Origin: Chiloscyllium plagiosum
Lineage: Eukaryota
DNA length: 64,000 nt
Assembly (NCBI RefSeq): GCF_004010195.1
Contig: NC_057719.1
Coordinates: 89,341,403 to 89,405,402, forward strand
Direction of reading: 5' to 3'
Part shown: positions 36,401-49,240 of the stretch, piece after piece
Position numbering within the stretch: the first letter of the stretch is position 1
Layout: every line of letters begins with the position of its first letter
The notes under the pieces: generated by a model
What the model saw: the letters and a program-made list of their open reading frames with translations, nothing else
Told to the model about the DNA's origin: nothing
Database searches by the model: none
Position numbers and translations under genes: made by a program

Positions 36401-37233
36401 AACCGTTTCAAGACATCCAGCACTTCCTCCTCTGTAATCTGGACATTTTGCAAGATGTCACCATCTATTTCCCTACAGTCTATATCTTCCATGTCCTTTT
36501 CCGCAGTAAATACTGATGCAAAATATTCATTTAGTATCTCCCCATTTTCTGTGGCTCCACACAAACGCCACCTTCGCTGTAGTGGACAGCGAAGAGGGTT
36601 ACCTCAGACTACAACAGGATCTGGACCAGATGGGCCAATGGGCTGAGGGGTGACAGATGGAATTTAATTCAGATAAATGCGAGGTGCTGCATTTTGGGAA
36701 AGCAAATCTTAGCAGGCTTATACACTTAATGGTAAGGTCCTAGGGAGTGTTGCTGAACAAAGATCTTGGAGTGCATAGCTCCTTGAAAATGAAGTCGTAG
36801 GCAGATAGGATAGTGAAGTAGGCATTTGGTATGCTTTCCGTTATTGGTCAGAGTATTGAGTACAGGAGTTGGGAGGTCATGTTGCAGCTGTACAGGACAT
36901 TGGTTAGGCCACTGTTGGAATATTGCGTGCAATTCTGGTCTCCTTCCTATCAGAGGGCAGAGGTTTAGGGTGAGAGGGGAAAGATATAAAAGAGACATAA
37001 GGGGCAACTTTTTCACACAAAGGATGGTATGTGCATGGAATGAGCTGCCAGAGGAAGCGGTAAAGGTTGTTACAACTGCAACATTTAAGAGGCATTTGGA
37101 TGGGTATATGAATAGGAAGGGTTTGGAGGGACCAGGTTCTGGCAGATGGGACTAGATTGGGTTGGGATGTCTGGTCAGCTTGGACTGGTAGGACCGAAGG
37201 GTCTGTTTCCATGCTGTACATCTCTATGACTCT
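33410..37233 (+). mobile_element. CR1 LINE retaining its 5' end; ORF1 and the endonuclease N-terminus are replaced by a tandem repeat, and it carries an internal inverted insertion
   Basis: 33410-33630 is homologous to the 5' end of the 51950-56500 copy. ORF2 resumes at [19 protein letters not shown]...SDHN and includes RT motifs. 3'UTR ends ctctatgactcta. Confidence 0.9.
33630..34806. repeat. Tandem repeat (GAGAGAGAGCGC)n, about 98 units, of which about 90 are consecutive and perfect
   Basis: Lines 33721-34800 are identical 60-mers, each five copies of the 12-nt unit. Confidence 0.99.
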
Positions 37234-40200
37234 AAAAGTGTGAAGTGTATACAGTCGAAAATAAAAGTGAAAGACTGAAATAAATACAGGGAGACGAAAA
37301 GCAAAAGCAATGGTGAGCACAAACAGATGTAAAGGAATAGAGATTGACTGAGGCACTGCTCATTGTCAAGGAGAAGAATAGATGGAACGAACAACGCTTA
37401 CAAGGAACTGACAAAGGAGACAGTAGGAACACAGACAAAAAGCAGAGATACGTAGCACAAAAAAAGGAGATGAAAAGAAGTTTTCCATTTGTATGGTTGA
37501 GAACACCACAAATCTAAAATGCATCCCAGAATGCAAAATGCAATTTGTTTATTTAAGTTTCAGAAGGCTAATCAAAAGTTCCGCTTCTAAAATTGCCAAT
37601 AAAACTTTAAAATTTAACAAGTTCAGGATAGAATACAGTGCTGCATATGAAGGTAGAGTATGGAGAAGCATCAATTGTGGGTATTTTGCTGGATTTGTGG
37701 AATATAGTGTTCAATAAAAAAAGTGGGACAGCACAGTGGCTCAGTGGTTAGTACTGCTGTAGAATGGGATGCTCTTCAAAGGGTCGCTGCAACCTCAATG
37801 GACCCAATGGCCTGCTTCCACACTCTATGAATTCCATGAAAAAAGCATACAGTCTCAAAGCCAGAGATAGAACTATCAATGTTATAACATGGTGAGGCTT
37901 TTGAACATGTTTACATCTTTCAGCATTTTGTAAGCCTAAAAATTAAACAATTCTGGTGAGGTTATGCTAAGACTATAAAATGGATGGATCAACTGGATCA
38001 AATGGAATAGAGTACATAGTTTGTCATTCCAAAAATTGGGAACTAGAAATGTTGAAAATGCCACAATGAAAAACAAGAAAATTAAAATGAGAAGTAGTTG
38101 AGCTGCAAAGTTAGTTTAATTCCTATAAAATATCTTGTCCATAATTTTTACATTTAGCGGTCTCACCATGGCTAATCCACAATTATCTCCACAGTTCGTC
38201 TGAATAATATCATAGCCCAAATTATGTCTCAACGTTTCCATCATTTAAGATTAGAATATTTATCAATGCACCATTGTCCTTTAACAAAAACTGAACGACT
38301 TGTCAAAGAACAAGCATCTGCAATATATATTGAGAACATCGACTCTTGATTGCCACAAAGTAACTTACACAATTACCATAAATTAGCCATTTGCACACAG
38401 TAACAGAATCCACTTAGCCAAGTTTTACAATGCAGTTTCAATGTAATTACGGAACACTAAATTCTAACTTAGAGAAAATACATCATGTTGGGTCTATGTA
38501 GAAATTAACAAACAAGATACTGTTTTGTGGCATTGATCAGAGTCAACAGGGAAGTCTTATATCGAGGTTTCCTGATGTTTCAGCAGGGAGGAGGCTGGAA
38601 GGTTGCAACTGGGATCTAACAGGACTGGAAGCTTTGTCCATTTCTTCAATCAACCAAAATCTGTTGGCAACACTTGTTCCTGGAAGAATTCTATTCTCCC
38701 AGTTTCTCTATTTCTGCCACTTGTTCTAACTTTCCATAATAGTGCTTCCAATTAATCTTCATGTTTCAACAAGCGAAGGATCTCTCCTAATTTTGGTTGA
38801 AGACACTCAGCCATGTCCATTAGTGTTCTCGGACTTCTGCTTTCAACTTGAGAAAAACAGCTCTCTTGCTCTTCTTCTCACAAAACAATGGCCTCTGCAC
38901 TCTTCAAATCAGCCCTGTCATTTCTGCCACCTTCAAGATGCCATTATCGAACCATCGTCTCCTCCCCTCTCAGTACTCCAAAGGGCCATGCCCACCTCAG
39001 CAACTGTTGCACTCCTCAATCTCACCCGAACAGCCCTTCCCCACAGCATGTATTTGAGCAAACTACACCTGCTCTTTCGCCTCCTCCCTAGGTCCGAACA
39101 TTTCTTCCAGATGAAAGTAACGTATGAATACTTTCCAATTTAGGAGATCATATTCGCTGCTCACAATGTGCTCATTTCTGCACTGGGCAGACCAAACACA
39201 TGTCATACCAGCTGCCCAGACCTCCATACAGTCACAACAAGTGTGACCTCAAGTTTCTGATTGTGTTATTTTAATTCACCTTAAAAATATGGCACTTTGA
39301 GCATCATACTTGAAACACAGAATTACACTGAAATTATAGCACAGAAACAGGACATTTGGCCTAATTCTGTTTTGGTATTACCTCTTGCCCTGTTGCCATA
39401 TTTGTTGATTTCCATTTTTCTACCAGTAGTTCTCTTAAATTTTGTCATGTTCTCAACTGTATATGACTAATTCCAAGAATTAATTCTGATTACATACAAG
39501 ATGCCCTTCTGTTTTTGCTGTTTAAATAAAATGTTTGGTGTGAGGAGTTAGTGCCCATAATGCTACACATGGAATCTCCAAGTTCAGCAAGAGTGCCTGG
39601 AGATTTCACTGAGGAATTAAAAAAAGGTGTCCAGGGAAGTAGGAGAAAAGGGCAAAAGGAACTGATTTCATACAATGATTAATGTTCAGTTATAAACTGC
39701 CAATGGCAGCGGTCCCAGAACAGGTTACCTGTTTGCCCTCTGTTGGGCAACGGTTCATGGTGTACAGCATGGAGACCTGAAAAGGGGGAGGGAGACAACA
39801 ACAGTATAAATACAACATATCTTACACAACATGGGAATAAGTTTTTGTCACACATGGAAGACAGTTTTACAAATGGCACTTCCTATTCTAAACTGATCCC
39901 AGTCTGTTAATCTATTTGCATGCACTAATAAATGAAAAGTACCAACACTTCCACATAAACCCCTCTGAATATGGAATGACTTTTCAATGGATATAACTGA
40001 AAATTAAGAAGTTTTAAAAAGGTGGTTTTGCCAAGGATGTTCACTTCAAACAGCTCAAATTACAACTCAATCATCAAATATGGTCGTGCTCATCTTAACT
40101 TTTTTTTCTCTCCGAACTGCAAAAATGCCTACTTTGAGTTTACGTTTTCACCCATTTCAATTTATACTGCCAGATTCTACTGAAAACTGTTAAGAACATT

Positions 40201-41447
40201 TATAAACAAAAGCTCTCATCTGCTCTGTGATTCACAAGACCACTGCTAATTGTCACCTCTGCACTTTTTCGACCTACCCCATATCTTTTGATTCTCTGTG
40301 TTAAAGACACAGTCATTAATTTTGAAATAAAAAAACAACTGAGCACCCACAACTCTTGGTGTAGAGCATTCAAAGGATCTCTACTCTCAATGTTGAAACT
40401 ATTCATCTGAATCCTTAATTAGTTGACTGCTAATTCTGAAACTATGAACAATAGTTTCCAGACTCTTCAGGCAGGGAAAACAGCCTGCCAGCTCATTGAG
40501 GAATTTTACATTAATAAGATCAAATCAATTTTCCTAAATTTCAGATAAAACAGGCCCATTTCGCTCATCTCTGACCTCATCATTGCACCCCTATTTCCTA
40601 TGTTCCTATAAGGCAGACCTCTCATTTCAGAAAGATATATTTACCTCAAGATTAAGCAGAGTGTGTACTTTCCCAAGAAAAGTCTTAGATTGGTTCAGAA
40701 ACCATAAGATAATTCATGAAAGAGATGCAAGAATTTTCATTTTTACTTATTAATGGATCACTTCAATTTAGTTACTTATATTCACACAGTGGCATTAATA
40801 TTTCATTTAGTGTGAGGCACAGAATATTAAATCAGTCTAATTTCCTTTTCTTTCTTAATGGGATTATTGAAATAATTTATCTTCAGGGATTGCACGAGCT
40901 TTCAGCTTTTAATAAACTAAAGTAGTTTGTTTCCAATCAGGAGATAGGTTTTTCCCTCACTCTACACAAATGGGTCACACTCAGAACAGTAATAGGATTA
41001 TTACTTCAGCACTCTGGGTTCAAAGACCAAAGTTTCCAGGTCCCTGTTGTAATTGGACGCAAGCACTTCTTAATGGCATAAATTGAGTTGTAGCCAGAGG
41101 GTCCCTGACACATTAATACTGGTCTGGGCAGCATTGAGTAAGACTGCAGAAAGGATTGAATGCTTACAGAAGCAAGAAAGTGATTACAAAAAATAAACCA
41201 ATTGTTATGAGCATTCAAAAATGTGAAATAACATTTCTTTTACATTTGGACTGTTAATTTCATTTCTACATTTCAAATAAACCAGTCCTCAACACGAATT
41301 TGGTTCTAATCCTCAAAATCAAAAAATTTTGAAATAGAAAAATAAACGACTGGAAACATTCAAGAGGTCTGGCAGCATCTGAGGAGAAAGAGTGTGGATG
41401 TAATATTCAGAACTGTGACCTCTCGTCAGTACTCAAGGTCATACGTC

Positions 41448-42097
41448 TGTCACAATACTGGCTCTTCTTCCAAGGTTACTATGTCCTTGAGAATTTTTTC
41501 CCAGAGGGGGTAATTAATTTTTTTCCCCCCAGAGAGGGGACTCCAACTAGGCTGGGTTTGAAAGTTTTATTGGGGCCTTTTTGTTTACCCTAACAGTTTA
41601 TATCTCCAACCCAAGTCTTTGATGTCTTAAAAAAAGGTCTAACCAAAAGGATAGTGGCCAGCGAGCTGCGTAGCTCGCCTTCATTTACATTGGAGTTTTT
41701 TTTAAATTAAGTTCAGAACTTTAGTGGGTTCAGTGGCAGCTAAGTGGGGAAAAGGCTACAGGATCTTTTCTCTCTCTTTCTGCCCTTCTGACTTCACAAA
41801 CTGCAAGTTGGCTGTCATTTTTAGTCATTGTGCTAAGGGACGTGCGTAATGGGACTGTTGGAAATATTTTCAGAACAGCATCATTACATTGGGTTTGGAG
41901 AAGTTATCTGGTATTCTATTTTCTGTTTGCTACATTTCATTCTGTAATTTTGTAAATAAATTGTTTGCTTAAAATTTGGCAGCCAAACCAACTACTCTAG
42001 AAATATCCACGATAAGTTTAGCTCAAACAAACAGCAAAGTTACAGTCTGGGCTACTTGCTTAAAAGTGTTTTGAGGGGTCTGGCCGAGTCCATAACA
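41448..42097. mobile_element. Solo LTR-like element (650 bp)
   Basis: TGT...ACA termini, flanks cgtc/cctc, internal aataaa near 41956; a second copy lies at 25630-29790. Confidence 0.7.
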
Positions 42098-43080
42098 CCT
42101 CTGAAATTTTAACTGTTCCTCCCTCCAATACTGCCACACCTATTGGGTATTTCCAACATTTTGTGATATTAGTTCAGATTTCCAGCATTGCTTTTGAGGT
42201 AAGGTAGAACTTGCTACCAGAGGTCAGTGGTTCAAGTAAATAGCATACATGTGCTCAAGGGGAATACGGAATCAAAGTTTGCAATGATAAATTGAAATGA
42301 AGAAAGATTGGAGAAGGGTCAAGAGAAACATGACAATGGCATGGACTGGTTCGTGTGAATGGCCTGTTTCTGTGTTATATATCCTTTGCAATCCTATGTA
42401 ATAGTAAAGCATTTTGCCCTGTTGTACAATAGCATTAACATTTAAATTGAGCATCCAGACAGCCGTACACTAAAATACTTTCCCAATGTCTTTTTTCTGT
42501 AACAGCACACTGTCATTTGAACTATCACCTTTCAATCTGAGCCTTTATGCTTTATGAACCAACCATTAACTAATTCACAGCAACTGCTTGTAGTCTATTA
42601 ACAGAAGGCCTTCTGCACTTTCAAATATGATAAATTCTATTTTTTCACGTTTGAAACTATGAAGTTTCTGTCCGACACCAAACATATTTTGTGCTGGAAA
42701 TCATAACAACGGGGCTGGGAAAATTTAAAGGTAGAAAGGTCTTATGTTAATGGATGTGATGGAATGTTGGCCTTTACCTCAAGAGAGCTGAAAAGCAAAG
42801 GACTACTTCACCAATATTCTGGTTAGACCTCATCTGAAGTGCTGCATTAGTTCTGAGCTTTCCACCTTTACTGCCTTGTCGAGAACACTTTGCTGATTGA
42901 TCAAAACCAGGAAGAAGACAGTTAATTTTTAAAGGCATGGTTGCATGGACAAAGCTTTCACTCCTCCTTTGAATACAAGTTATTGTGACTGTCCTAATTG
43001 AGGTATTTAAAATGACATGGGGAGTCAACAGGGTAAGTATAGTGAAATCAGAAGAATTTGATTGAACTTTAAGATTACAT

Positions 43081-43380
43081 GCTGTGGTTCTGTTCGCCGA
43101 GCTGGAAGTTTTTGTTGCAAACGTTTCGTCCCCTGTCTAGGTGACATCATCAGTGCTTGGGAGCCTCCTGTGAAGCGCTTCTGTGGTGTTTCCTCCGGCA
43201 TTTATAGTGGCCTGTCCCTGCCGCTTCCGGTTGTCAGTTTCAGCTGTCCACTGTAGTGGCAAGCACTGATGATGTCACCTAGACAGGGGACGAAACGTTT
43301 GCAACAAAAATTTCCAGCTCGGCGAACAGAACCACAGCAACGAGCACCCGAGCTACAAATCTTCTCACAAACTTTGAACA
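43081..43380. mobile_element. Penelope-type pLTR inverted pair (family B) with two hammerhead motifs
   Basis: Perfect 13-bp direct repeat tttaagattacat at 43068-43080 and 43381-43393; ~79-bp inverted arms. Confidence 0.8.
43263..43302 (+). ncRNA. Minimal hammerhead ribozyme motif (inverted copy at 43117-43156, minus strand)
   Basis: GCA CUGAUGA U GUCACCU AGAC AGGGGAC GAAA CG UU UGC: intact core, stem II, palindromic ACGU in place of stem III, stem I GCA/UGC. Confidence 0.7.
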
Positions 43381-44029
43381 TTTAAGATTACATCTCCATC
43401 CCCCATGATGTCAAGAAGCACTTCATAAAGTAGTGAGTGGAAACAAGGAAGCATTACCCATAACTCCAACAAAAAACTGTTTAAAGTGGGGGGGGGGAAT
43501 CAGCCATTTCAAGACCAAGATTGAAAGCTTTTGGTTAGATAAGGGCATGAAGAAGGGTGACTGGACCAAAGCATGTAGACAGTGTTAAAATATTGATCAA
43601 ATAAATGAATTGAATTGTGAAACCAGGGCCAAGGAGCTAAATGGAGCATTCTTATTTCAGGCAACATCAGGCATAGTATCGAATTTCAAAGGCTCACTAA
43701 TTGTAGGGGAAAAAATCTCTTCTTTACTACCTGTCCGAACTAGGAAGACAAAATAATTAAAGAATCAAACTTGTGCAAAGAACTAGATACTCTAGTGTTA
43801 AATGTTAAAAAAGATTAGCAGGTCCAAGAGTTTTGCTTTAACCATTTATTCCACCTGCATTATATAAAACATCAAGTTAGTCATGGATAAGGGAGCAGAT
43901 TTTAATTAAAATATTATCATTCAAACATAATCACAGGCTAACTTCACTTGTTTCTCCAATTTGGTTCCCGGCACCATTAAAAGCTATCAACATTTTTGGA
44001 CAATAACATCCAAGCTTGGTAATACTTAC

Positions 44030-44079
44030 AGTTGTGGCAGGTGTCATTATTCCCATTGGTACAGGAATCACAGGTGCCC
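44030..44079 (-). CDS. RBM25: RBM25 coding exon (G-APVIPVPMGIMTPATT)
   Basis: tttttag| acceptor, |gtaagt donor; 50 nt restores phase 0; similar to RBM25 GTPMIPVPMSIMAPAPT. Confidence 0.95.
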
Positions 44080-44684
44080 CTAAAAATAGTAAACATAATG
44101 TTGAAAATGTCAAACAGATCTTGGTTCCAATTTAGCAGCTCATGCTACTCTATCTAGGTAGAGATCCACCAGGGCACACATTATGGATTAAGGCTAGAAC
44201 TTTTTGTATGCCTATATCTCTATACTTTGGGAGAGATAGTGGACTAGTACTCCAGAAACCCTGTTCAATTCCCATCACAGTAGATGGAACTTAAATCAAC
44301 CTAAAAATTTGGAAAATAAAGCTAATTTTAGCAAGTGACAACAATAATTATCATGAATTTCCCTAAAAGCACATGTGATACACTGATATGTTTTAGGGAA
44401 AGAAATCTGTTATTCTTACCCAGTCTGGCCTACACATGACGCCTAATGCACTGCAATGCGGCTGACACTTAACTGTCCTGAAATGGCCTAAAGATGCCTC
44501 TTAGTTCAAGGACAATAACAGATGTGCAACATATGCTAGCAGTACCCACATTTCATGTAAGAATAAACAAAGTACATGTACTCACCAAACTATAGGAATA
44601 CCTGCAAAAGACAGACTGCTGAGAAGACACATTTCAGTTTAAATTTTTACTGCTTAATGAAAATAACTTATTCAATTTACATAC

Positions 44685-44790
44685 CAGGTGGCACAGAAGG
44701 AGGAAATCCTGCAAATTGTGGAGGAGGAATACCCGGCGGTAGTGGAGGTATTCCCAAAGGAGGACGATTCATGTGTGGTGGAAACGACAT
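44685..44790 (-). CDS. RBM25: RBM25 first coding exon (MSFPPHMNRPPLGIPPLPPGIPPPQFAGFPPSVPP-G); the exon starts at 44805 with 15 nt of 5'UTR
   Basis: Translation matches the RBM25 N-terminus as I recall it. Acceptor ttcttgtag| lies before 44805 and donor |gtatgt after 44685. 106 coding nt, phase 1. Confidence 0.95.
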
Positions 44791-45879
44791 TTCTTCAGCA
44801 CCAACCTACAAGAAACAATAGTTACAAGATTCAAAATTTTCTAACTTTGCTGCAATAAGGCAGATTTGTCAGAAGAAATTAAGACACTTTGTACTTAATT
44901 ATAATGATCATAACAAAGGCTTTCAGACATCTGCCGTGCCAACAAACATCACATGCCCGCTCAAACTCACCACTTGCCCAAGTTAAACATCATTCAGGGC
45001 TCTCTGGGCCATGCTGTTTGACTGAATTGATTGAATGCATCCAGTGCTGTTTTGTCATTATCGCCTCTTGACAGTCACCCTCGCAGCTTGAAGGAGAGAA
45101 CCTTGTGACCCCACAATCCAGTTTCTCAGTCCAGAAAACAAACAGTACCCTAGCCCTGAAGAACCAGAGGAAATAGCTTCCAATTCCATGAACACTCAAA
45201 TATTATCTTTGTATTTTGGATCTAATTTGCTAGCTCCCACCTAAATTCTGACCAGCATGCCATATTGGGTATTTTCAGACGTCAGGCCACAGCCACTACA
45301 TCATCCTCACCAACCCTACTGTCACTTGCTTGCAGCAAAAATGATGAGAAAATACAGTGAAGCATAAAAATAGTGAATGCTCTTAATAATTTAAGTTGGC
45401 AAAGTGGTGTCAGTAAACAGAGGACTTTGGTTCAAGATAACTTAACAAAAGAAATCAAAGACATTAACAACACCCGAGGGGGGGAAAGAAAGCAGTTGGC
45501 CTGATCACAAATTCACTAACGATGAAAGGTGACGGAAACCGATTCAAAAAGGCATTGAAAAATAACGATGAGGAAAGAGTGAGTAAATGAGCACAGACAG
45601 CTTTTTCAAAAGGTTAGGCACAGCGCAATTGAGTAAAGGGATAGCTCTTTCAAGGGTTCAACATAGTACAATGGATTGTTCAGCCTCTTCGCCCAAGGCA
45701 ATGCTGCACAAGCTTGGAAAAGCATTTTTAGAACAACATGATTCAATCTTTACTGAAGCGTGATTACACCGATTTATAAAGTATTTTTACAGACAATTTA
45801 GAACAAGTGACATATAACCTCCTCCTTTTCTCGTCCCGAGGACAGAACACAGCAAATTAGGCAGGAAATTAAAATGTAG

Positions 45880-48800
45880 GTCCTCTAGGGTAGTAAAATC
45901 TGGATTACTTAGGGTGCCAAAAGCTAGTGAGAGTAGGAATAGGAGGATAGAGCAGATGTGCAATGTGGTTTAGAAACTGGTCCAAGGGAGAAGGATGCAC
46001 ATTTTTTGCATCTGAGGAATCTCTTCTGGGGTAGAAGTGACCTGAATAAGAAGAACAGATTGCACTGGAGTTGGAAGGAGTCTAATTTACTGGTGGGGAG
46101 ATTTGCCAGAGGAACTCAGGAGAATTTAAAGTAGTAAGGAGAAGACCCAAGGAAAAAGGGAAAAGAGAGATCAGTTTTAGATTGTGTCTCAAACTGCACT
46201 AATCAAGCAGTCACGGCAGGTAGGAACAAAGCAGAGAACAAGGTAGGGCTGATACAATAAACTAGAAGAAAGTGAGGACTGCATTAAAAGTGGGGATACA
46301 TTAAACTACATTTATACCAATGCAAGAGGAATGCGACAGGCTGACAGATAAAGCAGATGAGCTCAGGATATGGTTGGGAACATGGCACTGGGATATCACA
46401 GATATTACAGAAATGTGTCTCAGGGATGGGTAGGATTGGCAGGGTATAGATGCTAAGAGTATAGAAAATGGGACAAGACGTTACGGCTATACTTGGAGGA
46501 TATTCATGGGAGTAGGTCAAGGGAAATTATTTGGGTGGACCTGAGAAGAGATGATCACCTTTTTTGGGATTGTACTGCAGACAACCACTCCCCTCAAAAC
46601 AAAGGTCAGCTAGAAATTGAGAAGCAAATTTTAAGGTGATCTCCATTATCTGAGAGAATAATATAGGGGCCAATGGTAGGGGATTTTAACTTTCCAAACA
46701 AGGACAGTGACGACCATAGTGTTAAGGGCTTGGATGGAATGGAATTTGTTAAGTGTGCACAAGAAAACTTTGAAATTCAGTATGCAGGTGTACCTACTTG
46801 AGAAGGAGCAAAACTTGACCTTCTCTTGGAAAAAATAAGAGGTGTCCGTGGGGAAGTACTCTGGGGCCAGTGATCATAATTCTATTAGCTTCAAAATTGT
46901 GACAGAAAAGTATATACCAGATCTAAAAGTTAGAGATTAAATTGGAGGGAGGTCAATTTTGACGGTACAAGGCGACACGGTGGCGCAGTGGTTAGCATTG
47001 TTGCCTCACAGCACCAGGGTCCCAGGTTCAATTCCAGCCTCAGGCGACTGTCTGTGTGGAGTCGGCACATTCTCCCAGTGTCTGCGTGGGTTTCCTCTGG
47101 GTGCTCCAGTTTCCTTCCACAATCCAAAGATGTGCAGGTTAGGTGATTTGGCCATGTTAAATTGCCCATAGTGCTAGGTGCATTAGTCAGAGGGAAATGG
47201 GTCTGGGTGGGTTACTCTTCGGAGGGTCGGTGTGGACTGGTTGGGCCGAAGGGCCTGTTTCCACACTGTAGGGAATCTAATCATCAAATCTAATCAAGAA
47301 CTTTCAAAAGTAGATTGGGGGTGGATAGTCACAGGTAAAGGGACGGCTGGAAAATGGGAAACCTTCAAAAAAGTGACAATGAAAGACCGTATGTCTCTGT
47401 TAAGGTGAACGGCAAGGCTGGTAGATGTCGGTAATGCTTGATGACTACTGAAATTGAGGTTCTGGTGAAGAAAAAGATGGAAGCGCATGTCAGGTATAGA
47501 CAGAAGGCATGGAGTGAATCCCTAGAATAAGAGCAGTTGAGGGGGAAATCAGGAGAGCAAAAAGGGGACACGAGACAGCTTTGGCAAACAGCATTATGTC
47601 GAATTCCTTGGGATTCTCCTAATATATGCAGAACAAAAGGGTAACTAGGGAGAGAATAGGGCCCATAAAAATCCGCAAGGCTGCACAAGTGTGGAACCGC
47701 AGGAAATAGGGGTGATACTAAATGGGTATTTTGCACCAGATGTACCCTAGAATTTTGTGGAAAGCTAGGGAAGAGGGCCCCTTGCTTAGTTATTTATATT
47801 GATAGCCACAGGTGAGGTGCTGGAAGACTACAGGTTGCCTAACACAATACCACTATTTAAGAAAGATGGTAAAGAACTATAGACTGGTGAGCCTGATATC
47901 AGTGGTGGGCAAGTTGTTGGAGGTGATCCTAAGGGACAGGATTTACATGTATTTGGAAAGGTAAGCACTGCTTAGTGAGAGTCATCCCTTTGCGCATGGG
48001 AAATCGTGTCTCACTAACTTGAAGGCGGCAGAACAGTGGACGTGATCTACATGGACTTCAGTAAGGTATTTGACAAGGTGCCACAAGGTAGACTGGTTAG
48101 TGAGGTTAGATCACGTGGAATGCAGGTAGAACTAGCCATATGGATACAGATCTGGCTCGAAGGTAGAAGACAGAGGGCGGTGGTGGAGGCTCTCTTTTCA
48201 GACTGGAGGCCTGAGACCAGCAGTGTGCCACAAGGATCGGTGCTAGGTCCACTGCCTTTTGTCATTGATATTGATGATTTGGATGGGAACACAGGAGGTA
48301 CATTAAGTAAGTCTGCAGATGACACCAAAATGGGTGGAGTAGTGGACAGGCAAGTAGGCCAAGGAGTAGCAGATGGAGTTTTAACTTAGATCACTGCATA
48401 GATAGATGGAAGATTGAAGGTGATGCTTGGTATGCTTGCATTTATTGGTCAATGCATACGAGTTAGGAGGTCACATTGCGGCTGTACATGAAACTGGTTA
48501 CACCACTTTTGGAATACTGTCTGCAATTCTGGTCTTCCTGCTATAGGAAGGATGGTGTGAAACTTCAAAGTATTCAGAAAATATTTACAAGGATGTTGCC
48601 AGTTTGGACGGTTTTAACCAAAAAACGTGATGCTGGAAAAGCACAGCCGGTCAGGCAGCAGCTGAGGAGCAGGAAAGTCGACATTTCAAGCACAAGTTCT
48701 TCATCACATTCCTAACAAAGGAGTTATGCTTGAAACGTCGACTTTCATGCTCGAATGCTGCCTGACCGGCTGTGCTTTTCCAGCACCCCACTTTTTGACT

Positions 48801-49240
48801 CTGATCTCCCGCATCTGCAGGCCTCACTTTCTCTTGGAGAGTTTGAGTTATTGGGAGAGGCTGAATAGGTTGAGGGCTTTCGTCAAGAGAATCAGAGGTC
48901 CAGTGGTTATCTTATACAAGTTTATAAAATCATGAGGGGATCAGATAAGGTGAATAGCCAAGATCCCTTCCCCAGATAGCAGAGTCCAAAACGAGAGGGC
49001 AGAAGTTTAAGGTGAAAAGAGAAAGTTTCAAAAGGGACCTGAAGGGCAACTTTTTCACGTAGAGGTTGGTGCGTGTATTGAATGAGTTTCCAGATGAAGT
49101 GGAGTCCAGTACACCCACAACATTTAAAAGGCATCTGGAGGAATAGGAATGGTTTAGATGGATATGGGCCCTATGTTGGCAAATGGAATTAGATTAGTTC
49201 AGGATATCCAGTCGGCATGGATGAGTCAAATCGAAGTTGT
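45880..49240 (+). mobile_element. Degenerate CR1 LINE with a nested HE1 SINE (46971-47293) and an eroded pLTR pair (48620-48833)
   Basis: ggggattttaactttcca (GDFNFP), [31 protein letters not shown]. Confidence 0.85.
46971..47293 (+). mobile_element. HE1-type SINE
   Basis: A box tggcgcagtgg, B box ggttcaattcc, tail gggcctgtttccacactgtagggaatctaatc. Confidence 0.9.
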
